From Bugula neritina (lineage: Eukaryota > Animalia > Bryozoa), in contig OZ037768.1 in assembly GCA_964035545.1 (NCBI GenBank), positions 13,897,675 through 13,961,674 on the forward strand: a stretch of DNA of 64,000 bases. The letters run 5' to 3'. Below are positions 21,671-34,659 of the stretch, piece after piece. Made by a program: the position numbers and the translations under genes. The first letter of the stretch is position 1, and every line of letters starts with the position of its first letter. The notes beneath the pieces are model-generated. The model saw nothing but the letters and a program-made list of their open reading frames with translations. It did not search any database and was not told where the DNA came from.

Positions 21671-21976
21671 TGTTATGTTTTTCAGATTTAGGGTTGATGT
21701 GCCACCAAGAGAGTCTATTTATCACTAGAGAAACTTCACCGAGTTAAGTTGAGTAGATATCGTTATATTTTAATACAAGAATACATAATAAAATCTAATG
21801 TACAACAGTAATGATACGCACGTCTATTTAATTTACAGCACTATCCTCAACTGAGCTAGTAGCGCGAAGCGGCTACTATTACTTATAAAACAGCCTAGCT
21901 AATTGGCTAATACATTGTTCCGGGTCAATACGCAACCTTGCGTATTGTGTTGCTGGTAGCTCCACGAGCCACCACA
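21671..21976 (-). repeat. 5' LTR of copy C
   Basis: Direct repeat of 14524-14829, adjacent to the PBS. Confidence 0.97.
21849..21906 (-). promoter_or_regulatory. LTR core promoter (CCAAT, TATA, Inr)
   Basis: On -: CCAAT 21906-21902, TTTTATAA 21890-21883, TCAGTT 21854-21849. The same order of motifs is present in the otherwise divergent LTR of copy E (53946-54003). Confidence 0.6.
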
Positions 21977-23377
21977 ATATTAGTCTAGAAGTAACTTCCA
22001 ATTATCTTTCACTCATTACACTTCGAGGGGTGGCCACCCAATTCTTTTAGAAATAGAAAGTTTGAAGGGTCCTAATTAATCTGTGAAAACTCTAGACTGT
22101 TCTGTGCACCCAGGTAGCCACAAAAGCGCTTCAAACTTTTAAAATTATTCAGGAGTTGTTTTCTCTTAACGTTTTTGTGAATCGGCTAAATATTTTAGAA
22201 TTATTCAAGCTAATTTATTTTATATAAGCAAAATAAATTTGCTAATAATTATTGATAATTTTTTTACTTTTCTTTTATAAAAACTCTAAATTTTTCTGTT
22301 CACCCGGTTAGTCACAAAAACTCTTTTAAATGTTACAGGAGTTGTTTCCCCACAACTTTGTCCAAATCCATTAAATATTAACTTGAAATTATTGAAGCTA
22401 GTTTATTATATATACAAGCAAAAACTTTTGCAGATAATCATAGATGTGTTTTTCACTTCTCTGAGTTTATTTCTAGTGATTTTCTTGTGAAAAAATCTGA
22501 AAAAAGTGGATTATTTGGACAAAAACAAGCAAAGGAATGGGTTTATTAGTTATAAGGCAAACATTATTATTGATCGCAGCTATAAAAAAGGCGAATTATA
22601 AGTAAATATGTGTCTGATAATGATTTTCTTCACCATTTTTATTATATAATAACTACTTTTACAAAAAAGTAATGAGAAGCATGAGCTGGTTGATCTGGAC
22701 TCCGGAAGATAATATTTTAAATGTGTACAATTGAGCTTTGCTAATAAATTTAGGCTGAACTATATATATATACATAAGCAATTTGGTTTTTAAAACAATG
22801 CTATTGGTTAAAATGCATATTTTTATACTATCTTGATATAATGACTATAGAGCCAATTTATCTCAGTTATAGTTACAGAAGAATTACCCTAAAGCCTTCC
22901 TATAATGTTTAATATATATGGTTATATTTAGACCACCCATTAGAAAAATGATCTTGGGCTGCCTCATTCAAAGATCATAGGCATGTACTTTTTTCATGTG
23001 TGCCATTTGTTACAAAAATAATAATTTCTTATCAGCAAATAAAATAAGCTGAGTTTGAGACTGGTGCATTTTTATGTGAAACATGGAGTAAAAATATTTT
23101 AGAGAACAATATTGTTATTATAGTTGATGCATACCAAAAAACATTTCGTTCGCTACAATTTTACCAAACATGGTGGAATTCCTAAGAAAGCACAACTCAA
23201 ATGCTTACAATTAGATCATGAGAAAGCAGATACACAAACTTTGTTACATGCAAAATATTTTATGAACATCATAATCTCACGTGTAATAATCAAATCTCAA
23301 TCTTTCATCCTAAGTCTCGCTATTTGCAAAACATTACCTTCTTACCAATTATTTTTTTTCACTGGTGTGGTAATCAT

Positions 23378-23804
23378 GGTGTCATGCCAGATAGAGACTA
23401 AACTAAATTTCCTACTTAGACGCTAGTTATTTATTTTGGTAAAATGTATTTTCATGTGCAACTTATTTTAATATTATTGAAATATATGTATATTTAAATA
23501 AACTTGGATCAATTGCTTGTTATTTAGCACATAAATAAATTCTTTTGATTTGCATTAACTTATTAATTTTGTATATTATTTTATACATCTTGCCTGTTGT
23601 TTGAAAATATATTTTGCTAATAAGTATCCATTAAAGATAGTGTCTATTATTAATTGTATTACTATATTAGTATTAGTATTAGTATTAGTATATGTATTAG
23701 CTACATATAGCTATTAGCATATTAGCAATCAATTCATCAGTTATATAGGTAATATTAATATATATGGTAACAAAATAAAAACAGTGTCTCGCTGGGAGGA
23801 AACC
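23378..23804. mobile_element. MITE inserted in the Academ coding remnant
   Basis: GGTGTCATGCCAG...CTGGGAGGAAACC ends with flanks GTAATCAT/ATAATCAT. Internal similarity to 36304-36815. Confidence 0.65.
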
Positions 23805-24867
23805 ATAATCATATTAAGTATTTGGATGTCAACATTGCAGCAAATAAATCCAGACCGCAGTTGTGAGCAGCACTTACTAGATTTCATGCTTTAACAGGTT
23901 TTTATTCGACTATAGTGCTTTTTATGGAAAAGGATGGCGCACAGCCTACTCTTTTTTGAGAAAATATTCATAATGTATGGGAAACTTTGAACACCTTGCA
24001 TGGGAAGTATTTTAAGCTGTAAGCCATTACAGCGGCTGAAGTAGAACAATTTGTTTATAAGTTTTATGGAGCAGGAAATCCATATATAGATGATGTCTGA
24101 TACACTGTATTTCGTTCACCGTCTAAAATAACTTAATAGAGTTTGCCTCCAACAAAAGATAAATTAAATTTGCATGTAAAAAGAGCAAATTATCAGGCAG
24201 CCATTTGGAGAAGGGTGACAACAGCCTATATTGATGCACTACCCCCAGAACATTATGAAAATATTGTTGAGAATCATGGCAACATAAATATAAAGTGGAT
24301 GATTCAAGCTTCCGTACCTGAACATGTATATTGCAAAGTTTAAACTGCTCCTGTAAGACCAGCTGCAACATATCAAGATGTGGATGTCAGAAATCTCAAA
24401 TGCAGTGCATACACTGATGTTTGTCAATGTAAAGATTGTCTGAGAAGAAGCTCTATATTGGGGAAGAAGCTGATGAGACTGATGGCAGTGACAATGGTGA
24501 CGAGAATACTTTTTCATAATAAAGCACTATTTTTAGACATTTGTTATATATTTTGCTGCAACCAATTCGATTTTGATAATCTCTCATGCTTCTGTTCCTC
24601 TAAATAATTTTACAAAATCTTGTTGATTTTTGCAGACGTTTAACGGCTACCCACAGACTATATAGCAAATGGTTCACTTGGGCTGAGCTCAAAAGATTTC
24701 AATATATTTATTCATTTCAACATTTATTTTGTACTATAATTTTATAAATATAGTTTTTTCACACATCAGCATGACTTTGTTTTTATTTTTGTATAAATAG
24801 CTTGGTCATACATGATTATTCTGCATGCTTATGCCTCATGCAATATATGTCGATTCATAACAAACAC

Positions 24868-25590
24868 ATATGTTTATATAAACAACTTGGTTTTAATTTG
24901 AGATAGCGTCTTGCAGTCTTTATAAATTCAATATCAGCATAGAATTCTAAGTAAGAGGCAATTATTTTTGGTATTTTAGCAAATATTTTTTCTTCAAGAT
25001 AGCTTGATAAAATTGGATACTATTTTGCACAATCCACATTTCTTTTTATCACCCATCTAAAATGTCGATTTGTTTTTTGCAATAACTTGAGTTTGGGTAA
25101 AGATAGAGTTCTAAGGTTTGTAGATTCAGAATCAGCACAAAATTCTGATCTAAAAACAACTTTTTTTGAGTGGCTATTTAGTAAAGTGTAATAAGCCAAA
25201 TTTTTGAGCACTTTTTGGGAGGTTACTTCTAGACTAGGCTATATATTATGTTTATATAAACAACGTGGTTATAATTTGAGATAGCCTCTTGCAGCCTTTA
25301 AATTCAGTATCAGCATAGAATTCTAAGTAAGAGGCAATTATTTTTGGTATTTCAACAAATATTTTTTCTTCAAGATAGCTTGATAAAATTGGATACTATT
25401 TTGCACAATTCACAAATGCCGATTTGTTTTTTGCAATATCTTGAGTTTGGGTAGAGATAGAATTCTAGAGTTTATAGATTCAGAATCAGCACAAAATTTT
25501 GATCTAGAAACAACTTTTTTTGAGTGGCCACCTAGTAAAGTGTAATAAGCCAATTTTTTGAGCACTTTTTGGGAGGTTACTTCTAGACTA
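24868..25590 (+). repeat. Tandem duplication (~350-370 bp) of the Academ right end
   Basis: ~24868-25236 is repeated at ~25247-25590, and each unit ends in the TIR GGAGGTTACTTCTAGACTA. Confidence 0.9.
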
Positions 25591-27191
25591 TATCTTTCCG
25601 GTGGTAGTTTGTTAGCGACACAGTGTTATATGCTTACTCTTCTCTGTGTTTTTATAATTTCTTTCGTTCTAGCTAATGATCATACAATCATTAGCAACTT
25701 ACATCAACAGCTTGTGCAGTTGGATAGTAGCCTTGGATAGTTAGGTTTAGTAAGTTGTTTGCATAGATATTGTCAAGTGATGTAGCTTTTCTCACTCATG
25801 TTATGTTATTTACTCTTGTATTATTTGTACTAAATAAACTCTGTCTATACTCAATACTCTACGTCTGGGTTATCAGCATTCAGTTTTAAATACCCACATA
25901 ATTAGTGAATAGCACAAATTCCCAACAGTGTTATGTAGTGAAAAAAGTTCACATTTGTGAATGTGCTACTGTCATTTCATTAGATGAGATGACAAAGGAT
26001 CTTCTGCCACAGTCCGCTACACAAAATAAAAAACATCTTGATGGAAAGAACAGATCTGTGAAACAAAATTTGTACTGCATCAGCTATACAAATTATTACC
26101 TGCCTGTATATTTGAACACCAAATCAAATTAGTGATCCCTAAACAATAATCACATAAACATTAAATACTTGTATTTTTAGCAAATACATGCATCTCTCCT
26201 ATCTCTGTTCTAAACAATCTCATAGAGTTGATCACATTTTTTATACCCACATAATTCATGCCTACATCATACCCGGCATTCCATCCAAGTTGTTTTCATC
26301 TAGAGTTGTGTTCTCTCTGCATAGGTTTGAGGAATCACTGTTAACATAAATTTTTGGCTGGGTAGCATATCTGAAACTATTTTAATAAAAAAATTAACAA
26401 ACATAAGACATTGCTACTTCTAATAAACACAAGTTTCTATCGTGTAGTTTATTCAGTCTAATGTCATGTCAAGAAATAGTTTTTGCAAATAATTATGTTG
26501 AAAATTTAGATTATATTTAATATTTTATCTGTCCAGACAATTTTTCAAAATCACACTTATTTAGCCAACTAAAAGTCTGTTTTTATTCACTTCATCTTAT
26601 AACATTTTATTAGCTTCAAGCGTCTTTGTTGTGTGGTCTCTAGTGGTACCTATCTTAAAATTGGTGATTTGAAATTGCTGGGTTATTCGAAACTTTTAAC
26701 TTGTAATAAATAGTCAAAATATAATATCAGTATAAGTTTATTGAACATGTTAATGTTGTATTTCTATAAACCTTTGGAAATGTATAACATATGACCAAGT
26801 TATGATATTACACCATGATTTTGCTACCATATTTATACTTTAACAAATAATTTTTTTAATTCAACAGAAAGTTTTGTATGAAATGTTTTGTGTTTACAAG
26901 TAATAAAAATACTCTATAAATATTATAAGAAATATATCATTTACATTCAACTAGGTATACAATATAAACATTGTAATGTATTTAAATATATAACATAATC
27001 AAGCATTTTCCTGTCTAATGTAACAATTATTATGCTCGTAGTTTGTTATATGACAAATGCAATACAATAGTGGTATGCAATGGGCTGAAGGACAGAACGT
27101 TATAACGACAACATAGAACTCTTTAGTCATCACCAAATTTGCATTCCTTTCTGAAAAAAATCTGTCACAAGAGGTGGCTGGTTAACTGACT

Positions 27192-30100
27192 CTATCCATC
27201 TTCCTGGGGAGGTGTATACCAGCCTGCAACAAGCATTAGGCAAATCATGGACAGTGTAATCAGACCAATGATAGACTTTAAAATATACAAGTAGAGCGAG
27301 TAGACTTATTGCAACATCTAAAGGTAATGGCTGTTTAACGAGGGTGCAGTTGAATAGGTGTAGTATTTATACAAAACAATAATTCTACACTTAACAATGC
27401 TAACAAGTACCAAACCTTTCTTTTCATGTATTTGCACAAGATGCCGATGTGACTGCTGAGCTCTACTCAGACTGTATTGACCTCTAGGGGAGGAATTGAA
27501 AGCAATTCTTGCCTTTCCTTTTACAAGTGTTGCAGAAACTTGAAGGATAAGTGATTCCAGATTGTACGCACTACTCCAACCCTGTGAAAATTTATTATTT
27601 ACTTCAGCTTATCATTGCTCATCTTCTAACAGCTATTTTTAACAGCGCCTAGTAGTCTAGAAGTAACCTCCAATTATCTTTCACTCATCACACTCCAAGG
27701 GGTGGCCACACACTTTCTTTAGGAATGGGGAGTTTTAAGGGTCCTAATTAATCTGTGAAAACTCTAGACTGTTCCATGCACCCAGTTAGCCACAAAATCT
27801 CCTCAAATGTTTGAAATTAATTAGGGGTTGTCTTCTCCAAAATTTTGTCTAATTTAGATGAATATCTTAGAATTATTAAAACTAATTTAGTTTATATACA
27901 CGTAAAAAAAATTGCAGATGACCAAAACGATCAAATAACAAACACCACACAGTATCAAGTGTTTTAGGAAGAACAGAGCCAGAGTTGACCAACTAAGGTT
28001 CCCTCCAGACATATGCACATGTATGCACTACGCCCAGTCCTAGAGGACAATGCGTTTTACCTGAGTTGTAAGCAGCTCCATACAAATAGCACCACCTGTG
28101 AGCACATAGCCTCCTTGTATTATAGGAGCTATTACTCGCACAAATGGAGGCACAAATGGAAAATTGCTCTGCAATAATAAAATCAGTCCATGAGGTGAGT
28201 AAATATAATTAACAATAAATTGGAATGTCACAGAACAGAACATGCAGTATTCAAAAATAGACATGAATACATTTGAGTGTCAAACAGGCTCACATGCTTT
28301 TATGCAGAATTGAGTTTCTACAACTTTGCAGTACTAGCATTCTAGAGCAAGTCCATACAAGATTGCAGTTTATTGGAGTACAAAGAAACAATGGAACAAA
28401 TTATAATATGAATATCAGCTATTAAATCATGGTGTGTCAGATAGACCGGTTATAAAGTCTTCTTAAAAATCACCCAAACCTCATTATTGAATAAAAAGCA
28501 GTAACATAATTATGTCATATATGCATTGTTGACTTATACACTAATTTAACTAAACTAAATTAAACACAAATCACAACCCAACTGAAGTTTATAACACGTG
28601 AAGATCATCTCCAGATATACAAACTTTCAACTATTATTGATGACAAACAGCAATTTTTGGAGCAATTTTTTAAATTACACTATTCACAATAAACTGAACA
28701 TTTTGGATCAATATAAACACAGCGATTTGAAGTTTAATAACAAATTGAATAGCTTTTGAATAGCCATTCTTGATACCCAAACAATGACTAAATTTTGCAG
28801 GCTCTATGCAATATGCAAATATTGAAAATGGTTAATCGTTTTCCTACAGATTATGTCCCAGGAATCTGCTATCAGAGTAATCAAGATAAAAATGAGTAAA
28901 ATAAGAAATATGTACGTTAACACAGAATGATGACTTATTGCTGAATAATACACTACCTTATATGAAATATTGAGATATATAAAATCTTTTCCCTCTTTCT
29001 CTTTATAACTAACGAGATCATTCGCCAATTGACTGTCTGGGTCAACTCTAACAACAAAAATAAGTACAAATTAGGCAACACATAGGCAATAATAAAATAT
29101 GCATAAGCATTGTTTTTGATAGAACACTTTGCAAACGCAAAACAGTCAAAAAATCAGGCTAATCTAGAATTACTCTCATGATTTGTCAACAAAATCTTAT
29201 CTAACTTTGCTTGACTCAAAATTAGTTGTCCCACACTATTTTAAATCTGTAGCAAATGTAAATTATAGAATCTTGTCATTTAGTTTGAGTCATGAATTGT
29301 ACTCAGTTTGAGTGGGGAGGCATGGGCTCACAAAATATGCAATAATATTTGCTTGAGCACAGAACTCTATCACTGTTTTCAGTTGTATGAATGATATTTT
29401 GTATATTTAATAATACAAACATATAAATAAATAAGCCTTAATACAGCAAATGCCATTATAGTCAAAACACCTCAACTTAGTAGTTTAATATAATAAGATG
29501 TAACCTAAGTACTTAAGATGTGCTGCAAGTTTCAAGTATGTTTTATATGTAGAAAAACCAACTTCAAAATGAAGAAATGTACGCATTGTAGTTTTATGAC
29601 CTTATAGGGCTAGAATGTTTTCATTAGCAAAAGAAGAGAAACTTCTTACAAAAAAACATGACTTACTTGAAAAGCTTGACATTCCAATCGTATAGGCAAT
29701 CATTTACTAATTCCACATCGTAGATGCCTGTAAAAGAATTAAAGAGAAATAGCAACAAAAAGATCCCGCGAACCGGATTTGAACCGGTGACCTAAGGATT
29801 ACTAGCAGGAGTTACCTCCCGTACCACTACAGTCCTCCGCTCTACCAACTGAGCTATCGCGGGTTACCTATTATGCTGAAGGTTAAGGAATGACTTATAA
29901 GCATCGCCTCTAATCTACACGGCTGATAAAATCTATATATTTTTACTACAAATTGCAACATATTAATTTGAGGAAATGAAATCAGTGGGAGCAAAGTTGC
30001 AACAATGCCTGAAACTAATAATACCTACTCACAAATCAAAATGCATGAAAAAAGTATTCTTCAAGAATTTTTATTACAAATTAGAACATTGAATGTTCAG

Positions 30101-33100
30101 GAAAAATAAATTTTACATCTTACCCAATGAATTAAAATATAATTTGAGATAATGGGTTTCAAGAACGAAAATTGTTTTCAAGAGATTCATTAAATTAACA
30201 CAAGCTAGTAGGCAATCATATAATGACATTACACTATGTATTGTTTTTACTTTGATAATTGAGCTAACCGTTTTTATAACTCTCAGATCTGTAAATGTCT
30301 CGGAGCTCCTTCATTAATCTATCAGTTGCTTGCACAGAGCCAGTAGGCTGTCCTTTTAGGTAGTCTTGTCGCTGCATCTGCTTGAGCTTCTCCAACTCTT
30401 GAACATTTTTAGAGGCTGCAGAAAATATTGAATGCTTGCCAAAATTATCATACAACAAACAAAAACCATGGTTGCATCTCTGTAGTGGGAAATTGAAGGC
30501 ATATTAGCAGGTGAATATGCAGTAGTAGCAAGTGAATATGCAGTAGTAGCAAGTGAATATGCAGTAGTAACAGGTGAATATGCAGTAGTAACAGGTGAAT
30601 ATGCAGTAGTAGCAAGTGAATATTCAGTAGTAACAGGTGAATATGCAGTAGTAGCAGGTGAATATGCAGTAGTAACAGGTGAATATGCAGTAGTAACAGG
30701 TGAATATGCAGTAGTAGCAGGTGAATATACAGTAGTAACAGGTGAATATACAGTAGTAGCAGGTGAATATACAGTAGTAACAGGTGAATATGCAGTAGTA
30801 GCAGGTGAATATACAGTAGTAACAGGTGAATATACAGTAGTAGCAGGTGAATATACAGTAGTAACAGGTAAATATTCAGTAGTAGCAGGTGAATATACAG
30901 TAGTAACAGGTGAATATGCAGTAGTAGCAGGTGAATATACAGTAGTAACAGGTGAATATACAGTAGTAACAGGTGAATATACAGTAGTAACAAGTGAATA
31001 TAGCTGCCAAATGACATGTGTACTGAACAGGCCTATAATCTGTTCAATGATATTAACTAGTGACTTCCTGAATTCATTATAAACCTTTCAATTGGCCAAC
31101 TTTTATGTTTTCTAGCAGTCAGCTTTTTGATGGAAAACTAAGTCCAGTAAAAACAGTAGAGACCAGCCAGTACTAAACTCTGTTCAACAAATTACAACAT
31201 GCATTAGACAAGGAACTGCTGAGGTAGTGAATTGCACAACTCTCACTAGTGACTAGGACACCATTACTTGTGCTATCAAGGGGGATGGGGATTGCCAGTA
31301 AACACTGCCACAACATTATCAACAGCAGCAGTAGAATACAATAAGTTATTATCAAATGTTAAATTTATTTCCTTCTAAATCCTAACAGCCATGGTGCATT
31401 TATACCTTTGTTGAAAAAAAGCACAGTTTCAGTTAACAGCACTCCTCTGAGCACCCATTTGTAACTTTAGTGAAACTTGTGAAATCATATTGATAACTCA
31501 CTTTTTAATAGTAAAATATGACCTTCTTACTCGCTATTTGATGCTCTTTGAAAACATAATGAACTAGTTGAACTGACAGCATAAAAAACGATAATTGAAA
31601 ATAGCAGCAAATATAATTATAAACATGAATGCAGATATCTACAAGGAGTTATCATTCCCTTTGATTGTTAATTTGAAATGGGTTGTGTAATTTATCACAA
31701 ATCAAAAATTTTGACGAATGGCTTTTACAATGCAATGCAACTCGTGGCAAAATTTTCAACTCGCTCAAATTGCATTTCTGACAGAAAATCGGGAAGGTAT
31801 GAGTATAAACACAACTTCAGGATATTTTACCAGGCACACAACACATGAAAAAATGTCGCTAAAACATATGCTGAGAATAAGTTGCCCACTGCCGAGGTGT
31901 TAAAAAGCAGATATTATAGAGTGAGAAGATAATGTGTACGGTACAAAGTTACTAAATATAGTTGGTAACCAGCCACCTTACCAATTCCATTGTATTCTTT
32001 ATTCACCAGAGAAGAATCGCTAGAGTTTCCAGACACTGGATTAACTTCGTCTACAGGAACTTCATCCTCGTCACTTTCTTCAGACAAAAACTCCATCAGC
32101 TCATCTTCGTCACTACTATCAGCTATATCTGAACTTTCTTCATCTCTTTTCTGATATACAACATTCACCCATAACAATTTACTATTTCTCACCTTTCTCC
32201 GCCATTTCCGGATCAAGCAGCGGCCATAACAATTTACTATGTCCAATAATAAATTATCAGATCGGCAAATTTTTTAAATTGCATACATACATGGTCAGCT
32301 GACAGCTACATGAACGTCACTCTAAGATACACCACGTTATAAACTGCATTCACAAGCATAAACAATAAGATTGCCTTAACTACAACCTTAATAAATATGT
32401 TAAATCAACATTTGTCCTTCTCGAAATTGGAATCTTACATTTTCAGTTTACCCTAACCTGTGGATTTAAATAGCATAAACCATCATAGATTGTATAAAAA
32501 GAAAGTTGATTTATATTTCACTAAAACTTCAGAAAAACTTTTTCGCATGTATATCACTTACTATTGAAGGTAGTAGGAGACTTTCAACTCCAGGAGGAAC
32601 CAGTAAATTGTGTAGCTCACATAGTTTTTTCACTAAATTACCAGCTTGTGCTTTTATCTACAAAAATAATATTTGTAACCGATTCTATTAGAATTATAAT
32701 TATTTGAAACATTTTATCATTTTTGTATATGATATGGAATTGCACACAATGTGTTTGCTTACATTGCCACAAACAGCATTGTCTTGAATTTCTGATATTG
32801 CCACCTCAACAAGCATATTTTCCTTCTCACAAAACCATATGGGATTACTCTGTGGATCCTAAAAAATCGTAACTTAATACTGCATTGATATGCCAAATCG
32901 TATAGAACACATACATTATTTCAATATCAAAGTTACAACATACTACAACATACACATGGTTTATACAACCCCCAAAAAAACTTTAAACATAGGATCAAAA
33001 ATTTAAAACGAACACGAAAAGCCAAATTAGAACATCCTCAATTTTTGTGCAACTATTCATTCTTCATAATAGAAAATTGCAAACTTGTAAAAACAAATAC

Positions 33101-34659
33101 TGCACAATTTGCTTTGTATCATTTAGCCAATATGGATGGAAGCTTTATGCAAAGGTATTTTCTTAATTTAAGCGGCTAAAATACACAGTTAAATAATTAC
33201 AGCTGCTAAAAAGGTGGTTATTTGAGTTAGTATAAAAGTATAAAAACAATCTACTTCAAAACACTATCTGCCTAAGGATAAAAAAACTCTAGTAAAAATA
33301 GCTAAACGATAGAACTCTAACATGTTTTTCACTATAAAACACAAGTTTTTGAAAACAGTTACACAAAGGTAGTTGGGGAACAATTGAGAACCGTAGCTAT
33401 GAGTTTCAAGCTGGCAGACCTCTATGACTACCGTCTCAAATCTGGAATACTAGAATACAGAGTACTGAACACAGACAACTTTGCGGAATTGTCAACAGTC
33501 ATTAACTGTATATTCAGTCTTTGTAAACAATTCATGATATTAGAATTATAAACTCAAAACTAGTTGGCAACCTGTTATAACAATTTTTAAAGTGTAAAAG
33601 ATAAAGTTACCGCACAGATTTTTTCTTCTAGTATTTGTGAAAAAACGACATTTTAGAATGGTGTTTTAAATATTTACAACCAAATTTCATTTAAAGACTC
33701 ATCAAATTCTTATAATTTTAAATGGATAAAATATTTAGTCATATTGCTAACAATATAATTACAGCTGAGCTCTAGGAAGTCATTTTGCATTATACACATA
33801 ATATCAAATGATGCTGGGTGTTATTAACCAATTTATAATAACTCACTACCCTACTAAAGAACTTGTCCTCAAACAACAAAAGTACTCATCATAATGACAT
33901 TCCTTTCAATTCACTATTACTATAATAAACTAAAATTGTAAATATCGGCAGCACAAGTTCGTAGAGCAACACAATGGCTAGCATATAACATAAAGTATAA
34001 TTTGAATAAAAGTTAGAAAGAGTGACATATCTACAGTTTAGTTATCGTACCAGAAAATTCACTAGTTAGGCTGGCTGAGGAGCACATCAAGCCAGTAGAA
34101 TACAAATGGAATAAAATGAATATTAAGATGTAATAAAAATGTTGTGCCACACAAAAGCTGAAGTAGAAGCATTATAGAAGAACCACTAAACCAGTCACAA
34201 AAATTGATAATTAATAAATTAAATACCAGTTTCAACATAGAACCAAACATGAATAACCCATAAAAGTATTATTTTTATAATAGTTTTTTAAACATGGGTA
34301 TTCACTAATGATTTGGCAGGAAAAAAACTTTGTACATATCACCATTACACAATCACAAAAACGAAAAAGTATTACCTGAATAAGACAAAGTCAAAGTGTT
34401 GGTAATACTCATTGCCAGGCATACTAAAGTTTGAACATTACCTAGTTAGGTAGTAAAGCATATACTCATAGACTGTGACTACCACTATGCTACTTACTGT
34501 GATATTTGCATGGATTACAATTTTGTCATCAGGAGATGGAATAAATGTACATGTGAGATCATCAACAGTTGCAGAATTTATTTGAAAGACATCATGGTTT
34601 TGTGTGAACACATTTTCCAAACATTTCAGATCCTCTTTCAATTTCGCATAACAAGCCAT
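27192..34659 (-). CDS. UBE2Q: Ubiquitin-conjugating enzyme E2 Q-like (multi-exon host gene)
   Basis: GT-AG-bounded exons: ~34498-34659 ([11 protein letters not shown]...IHANIT), ~32763-32858, ~32561-32658, ~31980-32152 (acidic), ~30268-30416 ([19 protein letters not shown]), ~29667-29728 (LYDWNVKL), ~28960-29048 (VDPDS), ~28060-28150 ([10 protein letters not shown]...[10 protein letters not shown]), ~27416-27582 (GWSSAY) and ~27192-27223 (WYTPPQEDG*). A small exon may have been missed. Confidence 0.92.
27653..27920 (+). mobile_element. Left-end fragment of the same Academ-type family, in a UBE2Q intron
   Basis: TAGTCTAGAAGTAACCTCCAATTATCTTTCACTCAT... matches 21981 onward for ~270 bp. Confidence 0.8.
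29764..29863 (-). tRNA. tRNA-Tyr(GUA) with a 27-nt intron
   Basis: CCCGCGATAGCTCAGTTGGTAGAGCGGAGGACTGTAG [intron 29800-29826] ATCCTTAGGTCACCGGTTCAAATCCGGTTCGCGGGA. The acceptor stem pairs, A and B boxes are present, and an oligo-T terminator follows. Confidence 0.95.
30506..31001. repeat. 21-bp minisatellite (~23 units) in a UBE2Q intron
   Basis: Unit CAGGTGAATATRCAGTAGTAR in tandem. Confidence 0.95.

Larger units (their letters stand above)
14524..21976 (-). mobile_element. Near-intact young Ty3/gypsy element (copy C): LTR-gag-pol-ORF3-LTR
   Basis: 306-bp LTRs at 21671-21976 and 14524-14829, with one mismatch seen by eye. 4-bp TSD ATAT (14520-14523, 21977-21980). PBS, PPT (14830-14840) and three long open ORFs are present. 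Confidence 0.98.
21981..25590 (+). mobile_element. Academ-type (AcademX) DNA transposon deletion derivative
   Basis: TIRs TAGTCTAGAAGTAACTTCC ... GGAGGTTACTTCTAGACTA with TAG/CTA ends and a 3-bp TSD TAT (21978-21980, 25591-25593). Decayed coding remnants DHEKADTQTLLHAK, FHALTG, LPPTKDKLNLHVKRANYQAAIW and a Cys-rich tail match the XPG-like nuclease and Cys8 region described for Academ proteins. Confidence 0.75.

Noticed and set aside
30448-31017. 189-aa IHLLLLY repeat ORF, and a possible CRISPR-like array
   Set aside because: It is the translation of a 21-bp tandem minisatellite in an intron, with no unique spacers, in a eukaryotic context.
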